Of a DNA stretch of 64,000 nucleotides, positions 38,434 through 51,193 are shown piece by piece. Each line of letters starts with the position of its first letter. The stretch's first letter is position 1. The DNA comes from Penicillus capitatus. Its lineage: Eukaryota > Plantae > Chlorophyta. The stretch is taken from contig OZ287699.1 of assembly GCA_965649825.1 (NCBI GenBank), positions 1 to 64,000 of the forward strand, in the 5' to 3' direction. The position numbers and the translations under genes are program-made. The notes under the pieces were generated by a model. The model worked only from the letters and a program-made list of their open reading frames with translations. It was not told the origin of the DNA and made no database searches.

Positions 38434-39311
38434 ATGTGTGCGACGGAGTGTCGTTTGCTGAAGGGATCTGTCGCCTTTGCTGCGCAGACAACCTTGGCCT
38501 TGTGCATTCTGGGTTCCCTTCTGTACAAACGGTGCGTGCATACGAGGCACACCGTTTCCTGTTGAAAGAGGATGGGCAGATAGACAACGAGAGCAACCAA
38601 AGCGCCCGCTACGCATCTGGGCTCTGGACGTGTCAAAGCAGGCAATCAGTGCCACAACCTGTCACATCGTCAATCTCACTTTTGCCATCATGGCTTATCG
38701 GAATGTCTCGTCCGAAGATGAGACAGTCGGGGCATCCGAATGCTCTTGGTATTTCGTTCAATTCAATGTGGACAATGTATTGGGCGTCCCACTGACCATC
38801 TTAACACACACAGTGATCCTGACATGTGCAAGGGCATACGCTGAGCGACCCGTCATCAAGAACAGGAATGCAGAGACGGAGCGCATTTCGTTCCTGGAAA
38901 TTGTCGCCAGCTGTGGGAGTTACGGCATTCCACCCAAAGCAAGATAGACGCCGTCGACTAGACTGTGCTCTGATCTTGTGAGCTGCCTAGATTTCGTGGT
39001 GGGCTGCTCAAGTATTGGAATGGATCATTGCTGTTCTCGCTGCCAGGAGCGTCAGTGGATGTCTCGTCGTTCTGCTGTCGGATGTGGCACTGAAGCATGT
39101 TGGAGCTTTGGTCGACGGCCTTTTCTGTGGCTACCCTGTACTGCATCTGTATTTTGCAATTGTGTTGTATCCTTTGATGGGTTCGATGATTGTGGCCTGG
39201 ATTCTGGACGGACTGCTTAAGAAATCGAACAAACCTACACAAATGCAAAGCCCTGAACTGACAGAGCACATTCTTGATTGCACAATTGAATGCGAAACAG
39301 TGGATTGCTAA
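38434..39311 (+). CDS. STIMATE/TMEM110-family membrane protein, paralog 1
   Basis: CRLL..QTTLALCILGSLLYKR|QREQPKRPLRIWALDVSKQ, ECSWYFV, CGSYGIPP, LYFAIVLYPLMGSMIVAWILDGLLK. Confidence 0.85.
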
Positions 39312-41255
39312 TGGAATGTATTCGAGTCGAGCCTCGCAGAACTCGAGATTAGTATTGGGATAGCCAAAACTAAAGATTTGCATGTTTAGGGTCTGTTTGG
39401 CAAATTTCTCATTTCTCTCAACGACATTGATCTTATGCATTTACCAAATCTATTTGACGTGCTGTTACGTGTCGCCAACAAAGCGATTGGACATTTATTG
39501 CCTTCATGCGAATCTCGCATTCCAAGAAGTGTGATGAAAGCATGACGTTGCCACGCTGTGTCCAGCGATAAAATCCGGCTACGACTGTCTCTTGAGTTTG
39601 AGAAGTAATGCCTGTCTTGCCGCTTGTAAATGTGGTTCTTACCTAAGGAATCTGAGAAAGCATCTCCCCGGCCTTCGCTATGGATTCCTTTTTCCTGTGT
39701 ACTGTCCCGACACAAGGAGAGAATCGCTTTCGGTGTAACGGCCGGTTGTGCTTATGTAGTATTCGGCATCTCACCATGTCTCAAAGCCTTTTCTTAGCAT
39801 GAGCGAGCGGTTTGCCATTTGTCTGTTTCTCAACTCTGTTCTTCTTCCTCGAAAACGACGCCTTGCGATTTGGGAACCTCATATGTGCTCAGGAGAAAAC
39901 TATGAAGAATAAGGCATGGATGGTAATGACATTAGGTTGCAGGCACCAATGTGACAGAAGGGAGCGAGTTTCTAGACGGAACGTCGTCTCGCAATATATG
40001 ATGCGGAGTCGTTCGTCTGAGCATAAGGCTCGATTAGCTAAAGTCGCAGTGACCAGAGGATCAACCAGATACTGGATGAAGCTGGTGGCAGAGCCACTTG
40101 CGCTCTTCCGGCTACTTGAACTTCTGTAGAAGTTCCGATCGAAGCTTTGAAAGAGTTCTCAGTTCTCTAGGCAAGACCAAGGACTGAGGTGAATATTTTG
40201 TTGTCTGTTTGCTTATCGAACTCGCATAGCGTTCTGTGTTCTGTTCTTGACTCTCTTGCACATTTTCTGCCTCCGAACTCTAGTTGTAACTTGATTCTCC
40301 AAATTTTCCCGTTTCGTCCCGAAGAGCACGCTGAGCCACTCTCACGAACTCCGATTCCTGCCTTGAAGCAAAAACTAAGGACTTCCGTTGTACAGAAGAA
40401 AAATGGCTGATCAAGAGAGATTCGCAAGAGTACTCAGCGTGCAGGCTCAGAAGAAGTGGAGTCCTCCCAACAAGATGTGCCTCGGAGATCTGAATGGAAA
40501 CGACAAGGCTTGTCTCATTCTCAGGAAGGAAAAGGTTCATACGGCCTCCGTTCGAATTGCCTAAGCGACACCAGAGAACAACGCTTGCGTTGACGAGCGC
40601 GTGTCGATGTTAAAGAAATACGTCGTGGGGACAGACATCTTTGCGAACGATGGGAACCACATACCGAAACAGACAAGTATTAAACGACGACAGATTGACT
40701 GGTGAACGGAAAATTCTATGTTTTTCGTTCGAGCAGTCACACACGTCTGCGTTAAAGCCAAATTTGATGTCCAGCCGACGGTTTGCTGTTAGAGATTCGA
40801 CAATCGGTACGCCGCGGTCACTGTAGAGGCCTCGCCGAAAGACGTCCGGCGTCTACAAACGCCCAGGGCTTCGGGTGTGGATATGTCGTGTGATTCTGAA
40901 CTCTTACTCACGTTGCGAGGCAAACAAAAGCCACGCATGAGAGAAGTTAAGCTTCGCTGATCAGCCACATTCTCGCTTTCTATCATTGCAGACGGTACAC
41001 TCCTTTAGACTGCGATTGTGAATTAAGATGCCCTGTTCATGCAAAGATTGAACTATGAGAGAAATATTATCACAGAATACTGCAGCGGTCACTGTCCTTG
41101 TCCAGAGCGCCTCTCACGTTGAAGCGAGAGCAGATCCATGCTTCAGACAACTACCGCTGCAAGAACCCGAGCGACTTAAACAGAATGAAGAAACTCGATG
41201 ACTGAATAACAGAACGACATTCATTCACATGTCTCATGATGCACCTATCATCCAT

Positions 41256-42699
41256 TTAAAGCAAGGCATGGAATCCTCGGATCATCATTTCCCTCAACTG
41301 CCAACGAGGAGGCAAGAGATTTCCGTCTGGATCAAACGCTCCATGTTCATCTTGTTGCAATGCCCAAGCGTAGTAAACCTGTCAGAACACGCTTGCAAAG
41401 GGAAACCGTTGATAGGTAGACAGACTTGTTGGATTTCATCTTCTTTCCCGTCGACCACATTTCCAAACTTGTCTCTCATGCAGTTGATTTGCTGACATGA
41501 AAAGGTCACGACGATCACAGGCTGCTTCTCGACAAACATTGCGTCCAATAGTTCGACATCATTAATGAAAAGCAAGGTCGAGTCCTGAAAGGTTCCCTGA
41601 GCCTCCGAGTGGCGATAGAGACCCATCAATCTCTCAAGCAGTTCATCGGTGCAATGTTGGCGCAGAATGTCTTCCTTGCCTTCTAGATATGCCTTAACCA
41701 CCACCTGCAAAGACATTTACACAAGGAGCATCACAGACGACAGAGAACGCAACGGAGACATCTTCTTTGACGCTTCTTAGGAAATTGACCATCTTGAATT
41801 CTGGACTTCGTTTCAGCACCTCCCTCATAACCTGAGCTGCCTCTGCCTCTTTGGTAAAGCTTTCATGGTAGTCCTGCACCGAAACAGCTGCTTCTGCCAT
41901 GGAATGAGAGATCGGCAACACCCCTTGCCTGAATCTTATGCATCATTGGATGATCACTCGATTCCATTCTGTCTTTGAAATCTCCGGCCATCTCCTTCCC
42001 TTGATCCGTCCATCCCCTTAGTCTTGTGTAAACTGGATGGCCTTCAAACTGGACACAGCCATTGCCATCACTCAATGCCTCTATCGGATAGGATTCTTCT
42101 GCTATTACATGTTTGTGAAATCTGTTCATGATTCTGGACAGCAGGGTCTCTTTCTGTTTTGCCTGGACAATGTGTGTGGGTCCCTGGAATTTTGCCTCGT
42201 TCACTGGCGTTGCGCCCGTTCGAATCCGAGTGGCTGACATGTTCTCATCTCTCGGCAGAACGGCATCCTTCACCTCCTTCCAAACTCTTTGGGCCACGTC
42301 TTGAATATCTCTCTTCGAATCGTCTTGAAATCCAAACTGGAGAACAGAGCAAGCAATAAACAGATCACTCACGTCACATCGTGTGTAGTATGGGCAGACA
42401 TCTGTGTTCCTACTTTGATGTTCTCTCTGAACGTGTCCCAACCTCCTCGAGAGTCTTTTGTTTGGTGCTCGGACTCCGTGGCCTTGGGACTGAGAGAACA
42501 GAAATGTAAAGGCCGCCACGTTCTGTTCGATAGAGTGACACTTGGCTGTTGCAAGTGACCGTGACAGATTAAAGCAGAGAGATGGCGAGATCGATTCCAG
42601 AAGGTCCTGTTTGAAGAGCCGCCTCAGTGCCTGCTCGCGCACAGCTCTCACAAAAAGCTGCTCTCTCTAATTCGACCTCACTGGAGTGCGCTGCATCAT
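41256..42699 (-). CDS. TIM44: Mitochondrial import inner membrane translocase subunit TIM44; 5' end uncertain
   Basis: DRMESSDHPMMHKIQ, TKEAEAAQVMREV..PEFKMVNFLRSV, VVKAYLEG, VIVVTFSCQQINCMRDKFGNVVDG, YAWALQQ..WQLREM. Confidence 0.9.
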
Positions 42700-42784
42700 T
42701 ATCCAAAACACGTCGAAATGCACTCAGTCATTGAAGCATCTAAAAGAAGAACGCTCTACAACGCTCGCCATCAGAATATTCGTC

Positions 42785-43752
42785 ATGGTGGACAACGATG
42801 ATACCAAAGAAGAACTTTGTCATTTACTCAACGGTAGAAGGCAACTGCATCGGCAGTCATCCCGTGAACAATGGTGGTTGGATAGGCCTTGTGGACTACT
42901 CGGCACAAATTGTCTTGCTGCTCGTTGCCTTTGGCGGTCTGTGGTATAAAAGGTGCGTGCGCCTGTACCTCATCTCATGTGGGGGACACCCCTTTCCTCT
43001 TCTGTGTCAGAATTGTTGAAGAACCACGACGCCCAGTGAAGATATGGGCACTTGATGTGAGCAAACAAGTATTTTCCGGTCTAGCGGCACACTTGTGTAA
43101 CATGCTCATTGCCACCATTGTTGCAATGGACTTAAAACATACATCTCCATGTTCCTGGTGCTCTCTCACTCTTTTGTGATCCGCATTGTCGAGTCACCTC
43201 CTTCTTTTCAGGTATTTTGTGGTGTATATGATCGATACGGTCTTCGGAGTTACACTCACCTATCTCTTCCACCGATCTGTCCTGTCATTTCTCAGTCATC
43301 GAATCGAGCGTCAGTATTCTGCCCTCTCGACCGAGGAAGGGAGTGAGAAAGAGACATGGATGCAACATGTGGTTCGTTGTGGTGACTACGGAGATCCACC
43401 GTCGCTACATGTGTGGACATCTCAGATGATCGAATGGGTAAATCCTGCTACGCATTCTGAACACCGACCCGTATCTGAACGCGTGTATTTCTGTTTGTTC
43501 CAGGTCATTGTGACCTTGATTTCACGTTTTGTTTGTGGTGGGACAATCTTTGCGCTACGCGAATTCGTCCTGATTGATATTGCAACATTCATTGATCGAT
43601 TGTTCTCTGGGCATCCACATTTACTGCTCTTTGCCGTCATGGTCTTGTGCCCCGTCCTGATGAATCTCATTCAGGCTTGGATCCAAGACAACATTCTAAA
43701 ATGGAGAACCCGTAAGATGATAACGAAGCCGACCTTCCTTCCACGTCCATAA
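42785..43752 (+). CDS. STIMATE/TMEM110-family membrane protein, paralog 2
   Basis: LCHLLN..QIVLLLVAFGGLWYKR|IVEEPRRPVKIWALDVSKQ, PCSW|YFVVYMIDTVFG, CGDYGDPPS, LFAVMVLCPVLMNLIQAWIQDNILK. Confidence 0.88.
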
Positions 43753-43908
43753 CAACACACGTGGTGTCGTAGGGTTAGTACCTTGGACAAAAGAAACCGA
43801 GATTTGCTGAGAATAATGATGATGTTAATGATGATAACAAGGAGAACGGCGACAGGCAGATTCTCTCAATAATGAACTTCCTTTCATTGTAAATGTTTTG
43901 AATCAACG

Positions 43909-44875
43909 ATGGAGACACCACCTGCGTTACCGAAGGCGGAAGACGCATCGATGTATGCATTGCGGTCTCCGCGATCCAGTCGCTCCGTCGCCGCCGACCA
44001 AGATCCACTGGGAGCAAAACGAAAGCGCGAAGAGCAGGAGGGCGCTGCCAATTCGGCTGTCCAATGGTCGACACCTGTCAACCCATTTCCCAAAACAGGC
44101 AGCGAAGCACCTCTGCCAATGCGTCTGTTGACATGTCTCTCGCTTTAGGTCCAAGAAAGAAAGCTGTTGCCCGGCCTGAAGATCCAGGAGGGGTAGAGGA
44201 CATCTGCTATGCCGAGATCCTGTTGAGTGTCCCAACCGAACTCTTCAAACTCGATGGGCTGCAGTCCATCCTCAATCTGACCACGTCATACAGACAGAGC
44301 CTCTGAGTCCTGTTAGCAGGACAATGAGTCGTGTGTGTGGTTTAGATGGGATGAGAGTCTGTCTGAGAAGGAGAAAGAATTTCTGCTGCAATTCCTTCCT
44401 GATGTTGATGATCCGAGGGAACTGCTTTCTTCTCTGCTCGACGGACACACGAATTTCTCATTTGGAAATCCTCTACAACAAATCTGGGAACTCATGAAAC
44501 AGGGTCTGTGACACATCCAACATCCCTCGGTCCTCTCTATGGTGCGTGTGTGCGTGTGTGCAGGCGAATGTCACCCTCGCGTGGCAAAGTACAGAGAAGC
44601 ACTGCGTTGCTTGCAACACTGTCAACACTTTCACGTCGTCAGGGATTATCACAACAACATGGTTATGCAGCTGAGACAGATGGCTCAAGATGATGCCGAA
44701 GTGCCTCTGCAGCAGCGCCTGGCAAAGTGGAACGCAAAGTTCAAAGACAGAACCCCTCACTTAGGTACGACCAGCTATCCAGCTAACCGTACACACATCA
44801 CACTGCACTTGACAAATTGTCTTCGCACTTCCAGGACGTGATGTCAGAAGACAGAGAAGAAAAAATAATGGCTAA
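43909..44875 (+). CDS. NFRKB/INO80G-like DEUBAD-domain protein (short)
   Basis: SVPTELFKLDGLQSILNLTT|WDESLSEKEKEFLLQFLP, NFSFGNPL, G|ECHPRVAKYRE, HFHVVRDYHNNMV match the plant NFRKB DEUBAD/ASXH pattern. Confidence 0.8.
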
Positions 44876-45966
44876 TGCATCCAAGGAACTGAAGAATTTT
44901 GAAGAATAATAGATGATTTAGAGGGTCTGCCCACAAGCACTTTCTGAAAGGTATCTGTTCTGGATAAACGCGCTGCATGTTCGTATCCAAGATGTATCAT
45001 GTTCATGATTTCGACTGGGGTTTTCAAAGCAATGAAATCGAATCTCTTGTATTTCAAGTGTGGGTCCTGTGGCACAGAGAAACGATGAGACGGTTATGGA
45101 TGCATCATCTCTCGGCTTACGTCAAAGTAGTCAATGACGAGGTTGCTGCCATTGCATGTTAACAAATTTGAATTCGAACCGGAGAGAAAATCATGCAACG
45201 ATCCGTCTATGCACCGAAGACCTCTGTATCGTACACAAATGTGTGAGAAAGAGTGAGAGGCGGCGGAGAGTTGACAGACCTGCAGTCTGTAGATAGTTTA
45301 CCGTCCAAGAAGAAAGGGATGTGTGCCGAGGCCATGTTTGCATCCACAAGGGATTCCTGCACCATCAATCCCTGATCGTTGAGATCCGTCTGAACCGATA
45401 AGAAATGACCTTTGAGTCAAAGTCCGACAGGATCTTCAATTCAAGGTTTGGCAACGTCGTCACAACAATAGAGACTCGATTCCTACAAATACTCCCACAG
45501 TTGTTCTGGCAGAGAGAGGGGGCTACCGTCTGACCTGCAGATCTCAGCAGCATCAGCAGGCAGCAATTCATCTAGCCACGATCGAATGAGTTTGCCCCAG
45601 ATTCCGGCGACACCTATGCCTAGCTAGCTGTCTGCCTGTCCAAGAAAACATGTGATGCTGTTCCACCGAGAGGTCGTTCGAAGATGTGGTTCTCCTTGGA
45701 GAGTCTGTTGGCAACGTCGAATGCCTTGTATGGATTGATTTTGCAGGCCATTAGTGTAGCTGCGAGAGCACCACCACTGGCGCCGTAGAGTGGACACGTG
45801 TCCACATCCACGTTCTCCAGTAGCCACAGAACACAACCTGGCCAGACATCCAACCGTGGCATGAGGAATCGAGACGTCAATGCGTGATCGGTGTACCCAG
45901 TTCCCACCAGAAGAAGATTCCGGCCCCGCCGAAACTGACGCCTTTTAGTTGATAAGGCGTCGCCAT
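44872..45966 (-). CDS. Patatin-like phospholipase (PNPLA)
   Basis: VSFGGAGIFFWWELG, nucleophile elbow GASGGAL, SWLDELLPDDAAEIC, ANMASAHIPFFLDG, CIDGS (DG motif). Confidence 0.9.
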
Positions 45967-47148
45967 CGTTGACGAGATCTCGTTCTCGCAGACAGCATGC
46001 GTCGAGGATACGCCTGGCTCCTCTACCCAGACGCGCGGCCGCAAAGAGGACACACGGCGGTGAACATTTTTGTATTGGCGGCTTCGCACGCGGAGATTAG
46101 CGTTCTGCGGTGGAGCGACCCTAGACAGCCGTGATGTATACAGCCGCCGCCCGTCGCGATCCACAGTGTATAAGAACGTACCCGTGTGTATTTGACGCGA
46201 TACCGTTCCGGGAAGGCTGCATCTGAAAGAATGCTGCAGTATATCTATGCCGTTGACTGAGATGACGCGCTGATAAGCCAATCATTAAAGAGAAATGGAT
46301 AACAGCGCCAATAACAAGACAGTGATTCTGACAAATTCCATCGAAGGTGTTTAGAGATTGGCATTTTCTGCAAAAAAGAAAGAGGAGGACAAACGGCGAC
46401 AGGAGCATCCCGCTCATCTTTTTGCCTCTGTGCGTGTGTGCAGTCAGTCACGAACGGGTGAATAGGTTTGTCGTGTGGAGGAAGGAGGACATGAAGCAGT
46501 TGTCGTGTCGAGTGTTGTTCGTTCGCAGAACCTCATGATCTAAGAGGTACGGATGCAGTGAACATCGCAGAACGGTCACCGTTTACATCCGCAGATGTCA
46601 AGGAACGCAGAATCGGCCGTTTGACAAGACGTTACCAGTTTAAAGGGATGATCCAGTGGATCATCCAAAGCAGCGAAGCAAAAGGCGTCTTCTTCTTCTG
46701 CACATCATTCTCCTGCGCAAAATTCTGAAAAGAGAGGCAGAAGACGAGGCGAATGGCGTCCCCGCTGCATAGAGAAGACGCATAATGACAACCGCCGGAC
46801 ACATCATCGAGTACATTGACAAACGACCCCGCGCGCGGGAACCATGCCGCGTCTGCCTTGAAAGGAAACGCACATAATCACTCTTCTCGCTCAAAATCGC
46901 AGGTCTCCCATCACGTCACCTCACCCCGGCGTCGTAGTTTTCTCTACTCGCTCTCTCCGCATCCTCCATGGCGTCGCCGCCGTGATAATGAATGGTGATC
47001 ATGTCGATGATCATGAATCATTAGGTGAGGTATATGAACGCATTCGAGGATACCTAGAATCATTGGTTCGAGACGATAAACCTCAAATATCAGCCACGCC
47101 AACCTTTCATCACGCGTTCTTCTCTCTCTCGCACAAGCGTCCAACACA

Positions 47149-48702
47149 ATGGGTCAGTGCTGCAGTAAGCCGACGGAGACGACGTGGGAAACAAAGGACG
47201 TTATGGAGTTCGACCAGCCGGTCCACCAAAACCAACACCAGCCCTCGAAGAAGAAGGACGAATTCGGCATGGGAAACCACTTCGAGACTCTGCATCTTCT
47301 GGGCGAAGGCGGTTCTGGAGAGACATGGCTTATGAGGGATAGAGAAACGCAGGAGCTTGTTGCCGTCAAACTTATTCCTCGTCCGATTCCGAAGGCGCTG
47401 CATCAAATGCTTCTTCAAGAAATTCTAATTCAGCGCGACTTGGGTCAGGGCCATGTCAATATCGTCACTTCGAAGGAGGTCGTTCTAACGCGAACGCATC
47501 TTGCATTCGTGTTGGAATTCGTTTCTGGAGGAACATTGACAAAGTACGTATCCGACAGATGGTCGACTGTTGGAGACCGTAAAGGACTCTTCCTCTCAGA
47601 GGAAGAGGCGCGCTTCTTCTATAAAGTAATGAGAATGCATCGAGGCAGAGGTCGATAGTCAAAGAGTGTGTGTTTGTTTGTGCGTGTAGCAATTTTTGTC
47701 AGCCGTTGAATATTGTCATAAGCACAAAGTGGCGCATCGAGATCTGAAACTCGATAACACATTACTGGATGAAAACGATCCGCCCTACGTCAAAATCTGC
47801 GACTTTGGATTTGCAAAGAACTTTGAAAGCAATTCAAACATGTTCACGCACATCGGCACACCGGTGTACATGTCCCCTGAAGTGAGAACCCAATGCACAG
47901 ACGGCTAGAGATGGGCTGTGGACTAAGTTGCGTGTTGTTGTGTGGATGTAGCTAATCAGCAGCAAACGAGGTCGAATGGGTTACGATGGTCAGAAAGCAG
48001 ATATCTGGGCAAGTGGTGTGCTGCTCTTTGTGATGCTGTTGGGTATGTTCCCGTACGAACACAGCGAGCATCCTGATCCGAATACATCTGCGGCTCAGAT
48101 TGAAGTGTGGTGAGGCTGATGCATGATCACAACCTACCACACACTCTAAATGTATGTCTGCCATACATTCAGGCTCCAGCAAATAAAGAGCAAATGGAGA
48201 GAGAATGGACGTGTCAAAGACGCTGCCAGAAGGCTATCTCCCGAATGTCGTGACTTGCTGGATCACGTGTTTGATTTGAATGAGAAAAGACGGCTGTCGA
48301 TTGCCGGTGAGTTGTTCCCAACAGATGTCCCATCTTGGTCACTCACTCTTTGTCTCCTGCAGACATTCGTTCTCATCCCTGGTTTGACAAGCCGATGTCT
48401 GAGAAATACGAACGCGCTTGGAAAAAGCTACAACTTGCCCAAGAACAGATTAATAGGGAGATAGAAAGCGGTGCCTTCAAAGTACACCGATCTGCATCTC
48501 CACGTCCTGTGTCCAATCGTGTTATGTGTGTGCGTTCTTTTAACAGAGTCCGCAGAGAGATGAAGCATTGAAGGATTTAATGTCCCAAGCTGCCTCTGTT
48601 GGCCGACCAGACGACGATGCTAAGAGGATTTCGATGACCAACATTCATCGATCTTACAGTTACATCCGAAAGGATCGTGGAATGTCGGAAATAACCGAAT
48701 GA
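47149..48702 (+). CDS. SnRK2-like Ser/Thr protein kinase with MGQCCS lipid-anchor N-terminus
   Basis: LGEGGSG, VAVK, HRDLKLDNTLL, KICDFGFAK, GTPVYMSPE, ADIWASGVLLFVMLLGMFP, HPWF. Confidence 0.92.
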
Positions 48703-49187
48703 GGCAATCATCCCTTTTATTGTTCGCTTCTTCTTCAAATAATATCGACATTGTCATGTCCTTGCATCAGCCATCGACCATCACAACCTATCTGTCCATC
48801 CTTCCCTGCTCTATCCGCATTTTACTGTCCTTCATTATTTCTGAAGAGGCGAATCTGGTTGGACTCCTGCTACCAGCAGATACGTTATACGATTCTTTCT
48901 CCTGTCCGAGGCATGTGATACACCGTTCTTTATGCGATATCCACCTCAGTTACACACGCGAACGCAGGCGAACGTACACACGGACTGTGAGACGTCACGT
49001 CACGTCGTGCTATCTGGTCCCTTCATTGTCCGCTTTCGTCTTCAAGCGCGTCATTATTAACGCATCACTCTGTATTTCAGTGTTGTTTCGATTAGGTTGC
49101 ATCCTCTTTCGACGCACTCTTTATTGCCGTCTCGTGAACCAAAAGGAAAAGGCGGCCGACAACAGAGCTTCCAGCTGAGGCTGTCCG

Positions 49188-51067
49188 ATGGGGAATAAGC
49201 AGTCGCTTCCCGTAAACGAAGCAATTTACCACGCTGCCAAAACTGGAAAATCAAGAGAACTCGAGGTCGACCAACAATGTCACCTGGCATACCTCACCAA
49301 GCAGCGCTCGTGTGTGTCCCTTTTAGGCGTTCTTGAGAAACGCCCGGCCCGAAACGTCTCCGGAGAATTTGCTGGAGTGGCAAGATGAAGAGGGAAGGAC
49401 GCCATTGATTGTCGCCGCCTCAAAAGATCAAGTTACCTGTGTCGAACTGGTGGGTGATCCCGTTGCGAGGAAGAGGGGATAGATGGGTTCTATCCACCAT
49501 TGCCTCTCCCTCCCTCCCTTGGTAACCACGGTGCACAACAGCGATGTGCGTTGCATTTAGCTTTTGAGATATCGAGCCAATGTTCAACATATGAGTCGCA
49601 GAAGAGAAGGGGGAACCGCATTGCACGAAGCCGTTTTCCGTCAGTGCAATCGAGCGATCATCGAAGCTTTGTTAAGATATGGTCCAACCACGCCATTTCG
49701 ACTGACGGCATGGTGAATGGTCTGCTGATGTTGTGCAGGTGCCAGTCCGTTTGTGGAGAATATTTCTAAGTTTACTGCCATGGACTACGCCATCGTGAGA
49801 AGAGATGCGGGTTTACTAAGGCGGTTGGAGCGTTGCGGTTACTTCTCTCAGTACATGAATTTGCGTGTTCGTCGCAATTTTGGTCTTTCAAAAGGCTGGG
49901 CACCCAAGTGGATCTCTATCTTTCCCCGCTACGGTTGCCCTCTGCGCCCCCGAGAACCCATTCGTCGTGTCATGCTTGTCTACAACGATGCCAGAAGCTA
50001 CGATCCCATCAGTAAAGTCTATCTGGATGGCTCATCTGTCCGACAAGTGGTGGGAGATAACGGTCAGCCCCAAGCTATGCTGGTAGGATCCACGCACACC
50101 CCCGTATGGATGGATCCAATGTATCTCTCTGTCTGTATACAGGCATTGCATGCTTCTCATATCCAACCAAAGATCATTTCTGTTACAAGAGATGCCGTTG
50201 GCCAATGGATAATCAATTTCAGATCCTTCGAGCAAGATCCATCCCATGTGACGAATTTGATTCAAGCTGTCAGTGCTCAGCACGATATCCGAGTACAGGC
50301 AATAGAAGGAGGCGAGTGTCTGTGTTCGTCGTTTAGACAAGTGGTATGAGACGTGGCGTGGGTATGTAGAGAATGACGAGCAGTTGGCCAGGAGAATTGA
50401 GCGACATGGATCTTTAGAAACACCTGTGCACACAACGGAACCGCCAGTACTTCAGACTACGCATTCAGCACCACCGATAAGATCTGCTCCAGCTGTCGAG
50501 TACGCACCACTCCTTTCACAATGTCTGAAAAGCCAATGGATGTATCGGCAGCCGTGACGTGGAGGAGCCTGTGGAGCCACAAGAAGTCATGTCGCCAGTT
50601 CGTGAAATGGAGGATGACGAAGAAGACATCGATGCCGAAGCGGATGCCCCATCAGCTCCTCCTCTGCCACCCGATTACTACGAATCTGCACCCGGAGGTA
50701 GGACACTATGTTGCTGTTACGGTTAGATAAAGACGTCTCCTTGTACTCAGTCGAGTCGCATGTTCCGCATGTTCCACCCGAACCCAAATTCGATTTGCTG
50801 GGTCAAGACTCGAAAGAACTGGTCGAAGACGAAGGTCTCTGTGTCATCTGTCTGGACAAGCCCAAGACGGCTGGCTTTGTACATGGATCGAGGTACCTGC
50901 CCTATCACTCCTTTTGAGATGCCGATGCCACATCGAATGTCTGTGTGTGTAGTATGCATCGCTGTGTTTGCAAGGATTGCGCACTTGCCGTGCAGAAGAA
51001 TGGTAATGGACTTTGCCCAATGTGTCGACAGCCGATCGACCATGTCATCACAAATTTCTTCCTCTAA
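49188..51067 (+). CDS. XBAT35-like ankyrin + PH-like + MDM2-type RING E3 ligase, paralog B
   Basis: MGNKQS, AIYHAAKTG, LEWQDEEGRTPLIVAA, GGTALHEAV, GASPFVEN, WAPKWISIFP, then CVICLDKPKTAGFVHGSSMHRCVCKDCA..CPMCRQPIDHVITNFFL*. Confidence 0.88.
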
Positions 51068-51193
51068 GCCGCTTTTTGATGTCCGACACACAACTCAGCT
51101 GCGAACAACGGACATACATCTGTCACAGCCTCTACGTATACTTGCATTCAGAGCATGTGTGCTTTAATCAACAGACATGATCATTGAATGTTG

